This document shows, piece after piece, positions 12,401 through 24,624 of a stretch of 64,000 bases of DNA. The notes beneath the pieces are model-generated. The model ran no database searches. It was not told the DNA's origin and saw only the letters and a list, made by a program, of their open reading frames with translations. The translations under genes were made by a program, and so were the position numbers. Where the stretch lies: assembly GCA_002269645.1 (NCBI GenBank), contig NIVC01001991.1, forward strand, positions 1-64,000, read 5' to 3'. The DNA comes from Macrostomum lignano. Lineage: Eukaryota. Every line of letters starts with the position of its first letter. The first letter of the stretch is position 1.

Positions 12401-15400
12401 CTAAGGTAATACTTCATTCCGCTAATAAGGTAATCCTTCATTCCGCTACTAAGGTAATCCTTCATTCCGCTACTAAGGTAATCCTTCATTCCGCTACTAA
12501 GGTAATACTTCATTCCGCTACTACTAAGGTAATCCTTCATTCCGCTACTAAGGTAATCCTTCATTCCGCTACTAAGGTAATCCTTCATTCCGCTACAAAG
12601 GTAATACTTCATTCCGCTACAAAGGTAATACTTCATTCCGCTACTAAGGTAATACTTCATTCCGCTACTAATTTAATACTTCATTCTGCTACTAAGGTAA
12701 TACTTCATTCCGCTACTAAGGTAATCCTTCATTCCGCTACAAAGGTAATACTTCATTCCGCTACAAAGGTAATACTTCATTCCGCTACTAAGGTAATACT
12801 TCATTCCGCTACTAATTTAATGCTTCATTCCGCTACTAAGGTAATACTTCATTCCGCTACTAATTTAATACTTCATTCCGCTACTAATTTAATACTTCAT
12901 TCCGCTACTAAACTACACTTCATTCCGCTCCTATAGACAAGTAGACAAGCACTTGAGTGCATCGAGACGAACCTACACAGCTACCATCACCCTTCCGTTG
13001 GCCAGGTACATCCGCCGCGACATGGAGGGCAGCGATCAGGACACACGTCGCCGCGCCGCCTGCGACCTAGTCAGGGCGCTGTGCAAATCATTTGAAGGCC
13101 CAGTCATCGGGCACTTCAGCCAGTACGTGCAGCACCTGCTGCAGGAGTACTCGGCCAATAGGCAGTCTGCCTGGCGCAGCAAAGATGCCGCACTGTACCT
13201 GGTGACCTCACTAGCGGCCAAGGCTCAGACTAGCCGACACGGTGTCACCCAGGCCACCGAGCTGGTCAACATGGCCGAGTTCTGCCGCACCCAGGCCTTG
13301 CCTGAGCTGCAAGAGTCCGGCGTTGACACCCTGCCAGTTGTTCGGGCTGCCTGCCTGAAATTTCTGGTCACCTTCCGATCGCAACTGCCGCCAGATATGA
13401 TTATCGGCGCCCTGCCGCTGGCTGTTGCCCATCTGGCTGCCGAGTCGCCAGTGTGTCATTCGTACGCTGCCGCCTTTCTAGAGAATGCCCAGACTGTGCG
13501 CAATGCCGGAGCTCTGGTTGTCACGTCAGAGAATATGCCTGAGCCGCAGGCGCTGTTCCAGGGTCTGTTTGGCCTGTTGAGCCGAGCGGGCTCGGAAGAG
13601 AATGACTACGCTATGAAGTGTCTGATGCGCTCTCTGTTCACTTATAAGAGGCGATCTCTGTCGTGCTTTGGCCTGATTGTGCCCCGGCTCACCTATATCA
13701 TACAGCAGGTGTCTAAGGTGAGTTTGCCGCCTGGCATTGAGCTGGTCAAATCCCGCTAATAATCAGTTAGTGAGCTGGTCAAATCCCGCTAATAATCAGT
13801 TAGTGAGCTGGTCAAATCCCGCTAATAATCAGTTAGTGAGCTGGTCAAATCCCGCTAATAATCAGTTAGTGAGCTGGTCAAATCCCGCTAATAATCAGTT
13901 AGTGAGCTGGTCAAATCCCGCTAATAATCAGTTTGTGAGCTGGTCAAATCCCGCTAATAATCAGTTAGTGAGCTGGTCAAATCCCGCTAATAATCAGTTA
14001 GTGAGCTGGTCAAATCCCGCTAATAATCAGTTAGTGAGCTGGTCAAATCCCGCTAATAATCAGTTAGTGAGCTGGTCAAATCCCGCTAATAATCAGTTAG
14101 TGAGCTGGTCAAATCCCGCTAATAATCAGTTAGTGAGCTGGTCAAATCCCGCTAATAATCAGTTAGTGAGCTGGTCAAATCCCGCTAATAATCAGTTAGT
14201 GAGCTGGTCAAATCCCGCTAATAATCAGTTAGTGAGCTGGTCAAATCCCGCTACTTATAATCAGTTAGTGAGCTGGTCAAATCCCGCTAATAATCAGTTA
14301 GTGAGCTGGTCAAATCCCGCTAATAATCAGTTAGTGAGCTGGTCAAATCCCGCTACTTATAATCAGTTAGTGAGTTGGTCAAATCCCGCTACTTATAATC
14401 AGTTAATGAGTTGGTCAAATCCCGCTACTTATAATCAGTTAATGAGTTGGTCAGATCCCATCAGTCAATAAATCAAGTAGATCTTAATTGATTTATTTGT
14501 ATTTAAATAAAACGTATCACATATATTATTGCATAGGGCATTGTATTTTAATATCACATCATTACATACTCGTATATTTCAATCCTTACTGCACTATACG
14601 GTTAGTAGCTATCCCTATACAGTAATGGTAGAATGGCGCGCGAATCTGCACTTGTACTATACATTATCTACACGTTAGTGACGTATGCAAAAAATACGAA
14701 AGTCGCCAATTTTATTATCTAGGAAGCTCTATGAAACTTGGACTTGTTAAAAAATAGTATAGACATGCATAACATGTACCTAACAACAAGACATGACAGT
14801 TTTTCATTGTCATGTCTTTTTTCATTTTTATTATTATGTACTGTATTGGTGATACACAGCGATTGAGCTTTGAGCAAATGTGCATAAATTAAAGTGCAGA
14901 CTGTTCATCAAGGGATTAAGGGAGGACTGTTCATCAAGGGATTAAGGGTAGATTGTTCATCAAGGGATTAAGGGTAGATTGTTCATCAAGGGATTAAGGG
15001 GAGATCGTTCATCAAGGGATTAAAGGGAAATGGTTCATCAAGGGATTAAAGGGAAATGGTTCATCAACATCAAGGGACTAAGGGGGAGATGGTTCATCAA
15101 GGGATTAAAGGGAAATGGTTCATCAAGGGACTAAGGGGGAGATGGTTCATCAAGGGATTAAAGGGAAATGGTTCATCAAGGGACTAAGGGGGAAATGGTT
15201 CATCAAGGGATTAAAGGGAGATGGTTCATCAAGGGATTAAGGGGGAGATGGTTCATCAAGGGATTAAAGGGAGATGGTTCATCAAGGGATTAAGGGGGAG
15301 ATGGTTCATCAAGGGATTAAAGGGAGATGGTTCATCAAGGGATTAAAGGGAGATGGTTCATCAAGGGATTAAGGGGGAGATGGTTCATCAAGGGATTAAA

Positions 15401-18400
15401 GGGAGATGGTTCATCAAGGGATTAAGGGGGAGATGGTTCATCAAGGGATTAAGGGGGAGATGGTTCATCAAGGGATTAAAGGGAGATGGTTCATCAAGGG
15501 ATTAAGGGGGAGATGGTTCATCAAGGGATTAAAGGGAGATTGTTCATCAGGGGATTAAGGGGGAGATGGTTCATCAAGGGATTAAAGGGAGATTGTTCAT
15601 CAAGGGATTAAAGGGAGATTGTTCATCAGAGGTGATGAAAGGGAGCCGCTACTAATCAAGGATTGAAAGAAAGGCGGTCAATCAAAGGATTCAGCGGGTT
15701 GTGACCTATCAAATGATCCAACGATGCAGAGAGGCTCAACTCACCTTATCAAGAGCTTTTATTAAATGATCTTGGCAGTTCTTAAATCTAGTTCTCAGTT
15801 CCAAACCGATGCTACAAGTAGACCTCCTTATTATTGTCGCTATCGGTTGCATAATTATTGCTGACATTGATGGCTACGCCATCGGCTGGTTCGCATGGCC
15901 TGTTGGCACTGTTGATATTATTACTGACCGAATGATTCTGCACAGCTAGCGGCGCCGGTAACAACAGCGGGGCCAGTCTGGCTCTGAGTTGCCGTTTCAC
16001 CCGCATGCTAGCCAGCCAGATGTAGTTATTAACTAGCTGAGCAGCCAAGAAGATGATCACTGCGGTGAGAATGAGCACAGGTGTGCCCAACAGCCAGTGT
16101 CTATTAGCTTGGAGATCTAGCTTGCCCATATCGTCTAGTTTAGGATCGCGAGCTTCCACTAAGCCGTACAGCAGGCCTGTTAGCAGGCAGGTAACTCCAG
16201 CGAATATCATTAGGCGCCTAGTGTAGATCCAGGCCCGAATCGACGGTTGGACGCTAAGCGCCAGGCTAAGCAGACAACGTCTGAGCTGATCGCTGGCTCC
16301 CGGTGTTCGCTCGAGCCTGTCTAGACAGGTCAGCTCCTGGCATAGTCTCCGCACCGCCGGGTCCAAGTCCATGTGGATAATCAGCTATGTCTATTGTGGA
16401 CGATTTTACCTTGTCTAGGATTGAATATCCTCATCTTGGAGAGACTGTCTTATTGTCCTTTTGTAGCGATCGTTTCTGCTTGCTTGCTTAGACTGATTGG
16501 TTGTCGACAGCTTGGCCAATAAGATTGCGCCTTTGGTTTATAAAGAAATTATGCGACTCAATAGTCAACCCTTTTCTCGGATATATCTATCCTTGCTATT
16601 TTCTGGCGACTCGATCTAAATAGCCTGTCAATTCCGTAGAAACTAGCGTCAGCTGCTACAGACAGGCCGATAAAGCAGGAATTAACTGTTGAAAGAACTT
16701 GTGAGCCGGAGGGAGAAGGAAGGAATCGGCGGAGAAGGATTTTAACTGATCGCTAATCCCCCCTAGTATGACTCGCTGTTGAGGGCCAGCGACACTCAAG
16801 CTGTACTGTGAAGTGAAAACCCTCCCTTAGCACGTGCAGGTATTCAAAAAAAGTTCTTCTACCTTCTTCAAGTCAGGCTAGAATTAGATTGAACGAGCAA
16901 CTGGAAGAGCTGACGGACGAGCATTGGACGAATATATTTGAATGTGGAGGCCACTTCAAAGCTAGCTTTTCACCTCTTGGGTCCTTTTAAACCTGTATTT
17001 CAAAGCGCTTTGGTGAGCCTAAGTCTGCATTGTACGCTCGCAAAAAATAAAATTAAGCTTTGTCCCTTTTCACATCTTGGTTAGATTAATTCATTACACC
17101 GTGCACCGTGCGCTCAACCCAATAACTGCATAGGTAGCGATGTCCAAGCAGTCAAAATCTAATAATTGAATATCCTATTATTATCAAATGAAAAGTCGTT
17201 TCGGAGTGGTTTAACGACATAAAGTGCGTACATGCATGCTGAGTAGATGTTTATTTGCCAGTTAATACGCTCGTAGATTAACTTTTAATTATAACGATAT
17301 AACATTACAACAAATGGATTCAGCTCCCATACTGATTAAATATGACGACGCGTACTCGTATAGAGAACCGTCTTCCTTTCTCAGCGAAGCGTAAAGCAGT
17401 CGCACCTTGCCCGCCAGTTCATCAGCACTGCACGAACCGATATCAAAGGAGGCGAAATTGTATGTCATCATGAACCGCTTGAATTGCTCTCTTGTCTAGC
17501 ACTCTATAGCAGTCTTTTGTCTCTGGGTGGGTTGGTTCCACCTTTGTTTCTTCATATTGATGCGCTTCAATTGCTTCCTGATGAATAACTGAGTCGTTTG
17601 GCAGAAGTGCACAGAGCTCTTTAAAAGTTCAAAAGACATTCAAAATCTTCATACATTTCTTTCTCTACTCGTAGCTCACGTTGAAGTTGAATTTCATCGA
17701 TGTTTCGACGATGTGACTTTTCGAGCTACTAATGGTGGGTGTTTTTCGACGATGTGATTTTTCGAGCTTGTGATGTGACTCCATTTCATCCATAGTTAAG
17801 CCAGATATGCAGTCATTCGGAAACCAGCTAAGACTGATATAAATCTTTGTCTATGGTCCAAAGATACCATGATCGGCACAATATAGAATGATACGCTTCT
17901 GTCTATGGTCCAGTGACCAAGCTCGAGATGGAAACTCGATCTACTGCTTTTTATTTGATAATTCTGTTTAACGCTTGGCTTTTGACTGCATTAGCAACCT
18001 AGATACTCGTGCGCTTCATCGTTTATGGCATGCAGTCTGTCCATTGTTGCAGGCGGATAATACGCTGGTATATTGTTGTAATTCGTGTAAGCCCAACTTG
18101 GCTGCAGAAAGCTATATTTCCTCACGGGAAGTCATAAAATAGGCCGGCGACGACTGCGAGATAAGGATAATGCCAGACAAATTCCGAACACCCTCATTGG
18201 GCAGCTGCGACGTAACAATAAAACTTCATCTATTTCCCAAAATTCATTAGCTTTAGGGCTTGAGGCTTAGGGCAATATGAATAGCGCAACTCGAAAAATA
18301 GAATGAGTATGCAACCGCCTATATGTCTATGTGTACTGCAGAGAAAGCAGGGCATAAAAAGTTGCTAGTCTATAAATGATACGAATAATATTCAGTAAGA

Positions 18401-21353
18401 AGCAGGCTGTGCCCACTGGCCCAGCCTAGCTAAATGATGCCTTATATGATGCGACCTTGACATACAACGGCAGGTGGCGCCTGAAAATTCGCCGATTAGA
18501 ATTTTTCAAAAAAAGATGGGGTCGAAGGCAGGGAGGCTGGGACAGTCCCTGACGCGCGCCTATTTGCCCCGGGGTCCCCGAAGCTGCATGTCAGCCAGCT
18601 GCCGAGCCTAATGCATAATTGCGGTGCGCCAGTCCATAAAATCTCTTTTCATTTTTTTGCGGTTTCAATCTCTTTCATCCGCATCTTTTTTCTCTTAGGG
18701 AATCTTGTTTTCTTTTCTGGCATTCTTGAATTGCCTTGGGCGAAAGGCGAAATCTGTACTATGCACTCCGCCAACCACCGTCACTGCAGAATCCATCAAA
18801 GCCGCTGTTCAATCACTATCTATTCGAGTCGCTGTGTCTGTGCGTCACCACGGCTTGTCAGGCGGATTCGAGTTCGGCTGCCCAGTTCGAGGCCGCGCTA
18901 TTCCCGCTGTTTCAGGATATTCTACAGCGGGATGTTACCGACTTTTTGCCCTACACTTTTCAGGTGAGATTTGGACTTGTAGAAGGGAGAAGCTGGGAAA
19001 GATAGAGGGGAAGTAGGGGAAGAGGAAGAGGAAGAGGGTGGGGAAGAGAGAGAGGGAGAGGGTGGGGAAGAGAGAGAGGGAGAGGGTGGGGAAGAGAGAG
19101 AGGGAGAGGGTGGGGAAGAGGAAGAGGAAGAGGGTGGGGAAGAGAGAGAGGGAGAGGGTGGGGAAGAGAGAGAGGGAGAGGGTGGGGAAGAGGAAGAGGA
19201 AGAGGGTGGGGAAGAGAGAGAGGGAGAGGGTGGGGAAGAGAGAGAGGGAGAGGGTGGGGAAGAGAGAGAGGGAGAGGGTGGAGAAGAGAGAGAGGGAGAG
19301 GGTGGGGAAGAGAGAGAGGGAGAGGGTGGGGAAGAGAGAGGGAGAGGGTGGGGTGGGGAAGAGAGAGAGGGAGAGGGTGGGGAAGAGAGAGAGGGAGAGG
19401 GTGGGGAAGAGAGAGAGGGAGAGGGTGGGGAAGAGAGAGAGGGAGAGGGTGGGGAAGAGAGAGAGAGGGAGAGGGTGGGGAAGAGAGAGAGGGAGAGGGT
19501 GGGGAAGAGAGAGAGGGAGAGGGTGGGGAAGAGAGAGAGGGAGAGGGTGGGGAAGAGAGAGAGGGAGAGGGTGGGGAAGAGAGAGAGGGAGAGGGTGGGG
19601 AAGAGAGAGAGGGAGAGGGTGGGGAAGAGAGAGAGGGAGAGGGTGGGGAAGAGAGAGAGGGAGAGGGTGGGGAAGAGAGAGGGAGAGGGTGGGGAAGAGA
19701 GAGAGGGAGAGGGTGGGGAAGAAAGAGAGGGAGAGGGTGGGGAAGAGAGAGAGGGTAGGGAATGGCTATTCACTCAATAACTCCCTTGCTGCAGGTGCTC
19801 GCCGTGTTGCTAGAGCAGCATCGGGACGGGCCGAGCGAGCCCTACTGGGCCCTGTTCCCCTTCCTGCTGGCCCCGGTGCTGTGGGAGTCGCCGGCCAACG
19901 TGCCCGCCTTAGCTCGCCTGCTGCGCGCCTTTGTCCGCTCGGCCGGGCAGAGCCTCACAGAGGCCCGGGTCAGCTCCGTGCTTGGCGTGTTCCAGAAGCT
20001 GCTGGAGTCCAAGGCGCATGATCATCACGCGTTCGCCCTGCTGTGCCAGCTGGTTGTCAGCCTGCCAGACGCTCTGATGGAGAAGTACACCAGGCCGGTG
20101 CTGATGCTGGTGTTTCAGCGCCTGATGCGCACCAGGACTGTTAAATACGTGAAACAGCTGCTGGTGTTTTTGGCGGCCTATGCTCTGGCTAAGGGCGCCG
20201 ACCGGCTGGTTGCTGCTGTGGACGGCGTCCAGGCCGGCATGTTCGCCATGGTGGTGGAGAGCCTCGTGCTGGCCGACATGCAGAAGGTTGACGCCGGTGC
20301 CGACAGGCGTGTCTGCAGCCTCGGCTTTAGCCGCGTGCTCACGGAATGTCCAGGTGGTGATTTGATCCCATCCGATTTCTAGATTATGCCATCTGATTTC
20401 TATATGATCCCATCCGATTTCTAGATTATCCCATCCGATTTCTAAATTATCCTATCTGATTTCTAGATTATCCCATCTGATTTCTAGATTATCCCATCTG
20501 ATTTCTATATAATCCAATCAGATTTCTAGATTATCCCATCCGATTTCTGACTTGTCCCATCTGATTTCTAGATTATCCTATCTGATTTCTAGATTATCCC
20601 ATCTGATTTCTAGATTATCCCATCTGATTTCTATATAATCCAATCAGATTTCTAGATTATCCCATCCGATTTCTGACTTGTCCCATCTGATTTCTAGATT
20701 ATCCCATCCGATTTCTAGATTATCCCATCCGATTTCTAAATGATCCCATCCGATTTCTAGATAATCCAATCCGATTTCTAGATTATCCCATCCGATTTCT
20801 AAATGATCCCATCCGATTTCTGAATTATCCCATCCGATTTGTGTATGATCCCATCCGATTTGTGTATGATCCCATCCGATTTGTGTATGATCCCATCACC
20901 ATATCCGCGCCTCTGCAATCGCATCCAACCTTACCAATAATCCCTTGGAATCCTGCAGCCATGCTCAGCACTTACGCGGCCCAGTGGCCCAAGCTGCTGA
21001 CCGCTCTGGTGGCCCTCATTGAACTGCCGCAGGCGGAGGTTGGCGAAGATGATCAGCTGGCCGGCGCGTTCGCCTCGGACGGCCCAGCCGGTGACCACGC
21101 CGGCGGCATCGGCAGCGGCGCGGCCAGCTACAACCAGCTGGTGTTCGCCGGCAAGCCGGCCACCGTCGACTTGTCGCTGATCTCTGGAGGAGCCGCCGGA
21201 GGCACCGACGCCAAGTCCGGGCTGGCCAGAGGCCTGCGAGATCTCAGCATGCGCGCCCCCGGCCAGCTGCAGCCGCTGATTCGCCAGGCGGATCCGCAGG
21301 CGCAGCAGTACCTGCAGCAGTACCTGTCCGCCAATAATGTGCAGCTCGCCTAG
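9441..21353 (+). CDS. CSE1L: Exportin-2 / CSE1L; exons 9441-10045, 11260-11744, 13006-13717, 18790-18963, 19795-20353, 20959-21353; one 1-nt frameshift near 9690
   Basis: Colinear with the CSE1L family throughout (MLSSP..LQNQLSD, GDFHAINGVLKTAHSLFRRYR, QDIPEFFEDNM, KYDLLVSNAI, YIRRDMEGSD.DTRRRAACDLVR, NPSKPLFNHYLFE, QYLQQYL). All five introns are GT-AG and phase-consistent. About 976 aa if one base is restored. Confidence 0.92.
10085..10990. repeat. Intronic minisatellite, 22-bp unit GGGGCTGGATTTGAGTCGTGTT
   Basis: Tandem unit within CSE1L intron 1 (10046-11259). Confidence 0.95.
11795..12930. repeat. Intronic minisatellite, 24-bp unit CTTCATTCCGCT(C/A)CTAAG(C/G)TAAT(A/C), ~47 copies
   Basis: Tandem unit within CSE1L intron 2 (11745-13005); variants change gradually along the array. 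Confidence 0.95.
13737..14455. repeat. Intronic minisatellite, 33-bp unit GTGAGCTGGTCAAATCCCGCTAATAATCAGTTA, ~21 near-identical copies
   Basis: Starts about 20 nt after the CSE1L exon 3 donor. Confidence 0.95.
14900..15630. repeat. Intronic minisatellite, 26-27-bp unit GTTCATCAAGGGATTAA(A/GG)GGGAGATG
   Basis: Tandem unit within CSE1L intron 3. Confidence 0.95.
15812..16372 (-). CDS. Orphan 186-aa protein with two predicted TM helices, nested antisense in CSE1L intron 3
   Basis: Uninterrupted non-repetitive ATG-TAG ORF. Hydrophobic segments LMIFAGVTCLLTGLLYGLV and WLLGTPVLILTAVIIFLAAQLV. AATAAA on the - strand at 15758-15763. Confidence 0.55.
   Translation of the reverse strand: MDLDPAVRRLCQELTCLDRLERTPGASDQLRRCLLSLALSVQPSIRAWIYTRRLMIFAGVTCLLTGLLYGLVEARDPKLDDMGKLDLQANRHWLLGTPVLILTAVIIFLAAQLVNNYIWLASMRVKRQLRARLAPLLLPAPLAVQNHSVSNNINSANRPCEPADGVAINVSNNYATDSDNNKEVYL
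17289..17520 (-). pseudogene. Possible degenerate Crypton/DUF3504-type tyrosine-recombinase element fragment
   Basis: The peptide DELAGKVRLLYASLRKEDGSLYEYASS resembles the EL..lL..FY...RK.DG..Y...S motif. The flanks contain stops. Confidence 0.3.
19010..19755. repeat. Purine-rich intronic minisatellite, 24-bp unit GGGAAGAGAGAGAGGGAGAGGGTG
   Basis: Fills most of CSE1L intron 4 (18964-19794). Confidence 0.95.
20360..20895. repeat. Intronic minisatellite, 21-bp unit ATCCCATCCGATTTCTAGATT
   Basis: Starts about 10 nt after the exon 5 donor; CSE1L intron 5 (20354-20958). Confidence 0.95.
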
Positions 21354-23416
21354 ATAGATGAGAAGCTTTCCGAATACTGTGTTCGAGGCTGGCTTTCCGC
21401 TAATTATTTTTATTATCAGTACTATTCGCGTACCACAATGTCACATAAATTAAAAGTAAAAAATTCGCTTCAAGTTCCTTATTTATCGCATATTAATCGT
21501 TCTCATTCTACCGCAGCGTCATTGCCAACTCGAATCCCCGTGTGTTGAGCTGCATTTTAGCTTGTTGACCCGGCTGTCTGTCTGTCTGTTAATTTCTATT
21601 TGTGTCCAAGTTCGAATGTAACCCCGAAGACTTATTTTTTCTTCTCTTAAATAAGACAAACCATCGGCTGTTGCATTTTGTCGCATTAATTGTTGTTATG
21701 GAAACTAATAATCCGAAGTTGCGGCTACTATTTTCTCATCAAAATTTACTTGCATGAAAATGAGTAAAAATAAACATTTGATTTGTCGCTCATCGAACTT
21801 TTTCACGATCTGTTTTAACAGCCGACGTTGTTTAAATATTTTAATTTGCAAGTCTTTGTTTATCGACTCATTATGCTAAATACGAGGGCTGTCCCAAAAG
21901 TAGTTATACTTTTCACTATATTTATTGTTCTGCTGATCCAAATAACACCATTTTGCACAGATTTATAGCGGCAACTCTCTTCTTTATAATTATCTTTAAC
22001 ATCGTTAAAAACAGACAATGGAAACAAAAGTTATAAACTAAAATGTAGCAGGACCTCGACAATAGACTTGTAGCTCACAAGCAGGTAACTGGCTGCAGTG
22101 AATGCTGCAAAATGACTGCGGTAGACCCATGAGCCGATGAAAGTTGAGCATTAATCTCGGCTCAACTGTGCCCCGTCCCCCAAAGGGTGTATAACACAGT
22201 CCTCTGAGCAACACTTCAATGCACATCCCTGACTTTTAGTGCAGCAGAAGGAGCTAGGGAACAAAAAGCAATCAAGCTGAAGCCCCGTTTGAATTGAATT
22301 TCCGCAAGGGCTGTTATTTCTTAAAGTGTTTGAATTGAAGTTCTGCTTGTTTCTTTTGAACAAGACTTTGTTCAAAATAGGAGGTAAAATGGTGTATCAA
22401 GACAATGGAAACAAAAGGTAAAAACTAAAATGTAGCAGGACCTCGACCATAGACTTACAGTAATTCGACAAGCTAGCAGAAAGTAGCGAAAGTAATTTTG
22501 ATTGAATGCACTCAGACTCCTTTTTTAAGCTGCTGTGACAGAGATATCTATGGGAAAACTTGGAGAAGCATATAGCTTTTAAAGCAACAGAATATTTCAA
22601 ACAAAGTCCCTTTCTATTGAAACAGAAGAACTTCAATTCAGACTGTCTGTGGCCAAAATTGTCCCCGAGTGACGCGCATGCGTAGATTTGAAATAAAAAA
22701 ACAGTCATTCTATTTCGACAGACATTTTTAGTACATTAATCTAACTATTTTGTTTTTCGTGTACTGCATTACTGCACAATCGTTACGCAACAAGAAACGA
22801 TATGAATACTGAAGATCAGATTGAAGAAGACGATGAATTGCTGGAAGAAGAAGGAATCGATTAATTTGAAGCAGAATTCGATGAAGATATCATGGAACAG
22901 CAGCCTCGGCAGTGCGCTATTGTTTAAGCAAGAGACCGTATCATCAGGGCTGCTGATCGTGGGGATGACTTGTGGAACTTGTGGAAGAGAGTTGCCGCTA
23001 TAAATCTGTGCAAAATGATGCTATTTGGATCAGCAGAACAAGCGATATAGTGAAAAGTATAACTGCTTTTGGGAAAGCCTTCGATTAATTGATAGACAAA
23101 TCATTCAAGACCGTCAGCACTCAGCATTTATCCAGAGGCATCAAACTGCCGCCCCGCGAGCACAATTACTACTGGCTATAAATAACACTTTCATTTTATT
23201 TAGCCAAAATTGCTTTGATCTCTCTGGAAGCAGCAAGACAGACAGCAAGAAAATCGATCTGCAGCATGATCAATTCAGGCAAAACAAAAGACAACATGCA
23301 AGACAAGAGTTAACATTCAACTTAAAAATGCATCTTTGTAGCAGTAAACTGCCTACTAACGAGTAGAATAAGACGCAACTGAGAAGTAAAATTTCATTAC
23401 AGTACGAAGCCAAGCT

Positions 23417-24526
23417 TCACTCTCCCTCCTCAAACTCTTCGTCCAGCTCTTCATCATCATTTGCACCAGCATCTTTGGCTCCGCTCGCATCGTCCTCTCC
23501 CTCTGGCGGCAGCTCGCTCAACAGCTGGTCGATCTCGCCGGCCACCGGGTCGCCGGGCTCCACCAGGGCGCGCGCTTTCTGCAGGTGGTAGCGGGCCGCA
23601 GATGCGTTGCCTTGGCGACTGTAGGCTAAGCCGAACAGCAGCCACACCTGGGCGACCTCGTCGTCCTCCTCCATCAGCAAGTCCAGGACGTCAACGCAGG
23701 TATCCAGCTCGCCGAGTTCCAACAGCATCTCTGCGCAGCGCAGCCGCTGCTCGGCAGTCAGGCCGCACTCGTCGGGGTCCGCGGCGGCCGCACCGTTCTC
23801 GTCGTCATGGACTTCGGCGGCCTCGGCGGCCTGGCGGCGCAGGGGCAGCCAGAGGTTCAGGCTGAGGCGCAGGTCGGCCAGCGCCTCCTCGGGCCGCTGC
23901 TGCACCAGCCGCAGGCCGGCCCGCTGCTGCAGAGCCTCGGCGCTGTCCGGCCGGCGGGCCAGCGCCTCTGCCAGGGCCGCCTCGCACTGCGCCTCCGCGT
24001 CCGGCCGGTCGCACAGGTCGGTCATGAACAGCTCGCAGCGAGCGCACCACGCCGACGCCAATTCCTGACTGACTGATGATGAAGCGGATGCGGAGGCTGC
24101 AGTGGCGGTAGCGGAACTATTCGATGCGGCAGTCAACAATTCGATGCCCCTGTCCAGGTAGACAAGGGCCGCCTCTCCGCTGTTGAGTTGGGCCAGGTAG
24201 AAGAACTTGGCGTGCCCAGTGTCCGGAGCCGCGGCCGCGCACCTAAGCAGGCAGTCGAGCGCGCCGTCCGGCTGTCCGAGCTCCAGCAGGCGGACGCCGG
24301 CCCGCTCCAGCAGGCTGACATCGGTGGCGGCGAGGTTCGACGGCTTCAGCGAGCGGACGGCGGCCTCCGTCAGGGCCAGGGCGGTTGAGGGGTCTCCGCT
24401 TGCCGCGGCTGCTTCGGCGTCGTCCAGCAGTTTGGCGGGACTGGCCGCGGGCAGCTTGTCCTTTGCCAGCCTGTTGCGCCGCTGTTGCGCCTTCTTTGCG
24501 CGCTTCAGTTGGTTTGCTGGCGGCGC
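23417..24526 (-). CDS. ACL4: TPR protein, assembly chaperone of RPL4 (ACL4)-like; main exon, first exon not located
   Basis: Motifs GHAKFFYLAQL, ELFMTDLCDRPDAEAQCE, EALQQRAGLRLVQQRPEEA and an acidic tail. Acceptor ttttcttccag|GCG at 24527/24526, phase 0. Confidence 0.75.
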   Translation of the reverse strand, partial: APPANQLKRAKKAQQRRNRLAKDKLPAASPAKLLDDAEAAAASGDPSTALALTEAAVRSLKPSNLAATDVSLLERAGVRLLELGQPDGALDCLLRCAAAAPDTGHAKFFYLAQLNSGEAALVYLDRGIELLTAASNSSATATAASASASSSVSQELASAWCARCELFMTDLCDRPDAEAQCEAALAEALARRPDSAEALQQRAGLRLVQQRPEEALADLRLSLNLWLPLRRQAAEAAEVHDDENGAAAADPDECGLTAEQRLRCAEMLLELGELDTCVDVLDLLMEEDDEVAQVWLLFGLAYSRQGNASAARYHLQKARALVEPGDPVAGEIDQLLSELPPEGEDDASGAKDAGANDDEELDEEFEEGE

Positions 24527-24624
24527 CTGGAAGAAAATGGCGCGGATGTGGACAGTTACGGATTTTACTTTTTTGGGTTCAGAATCAGGAATTATTTGTA
24601 GCAAAAATTTAATGGCCTAATGGG

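Noticed and set aside
13737-14455. CRISPR-like appearance of the 24-40-bp repeats
   Set aside because: The units are head-to-tail with no unique spacers; the context is eukaryotic and there are no cas genes.
21881-21915. Mariner-like terminus TA-CGAGGGCTGTCCCAAAAG, plus a ~55-bp direct repeat at ~22012 and ~22400
   Set aside because: No matching inverted end or transposase ORF was found; too degenerate to call.
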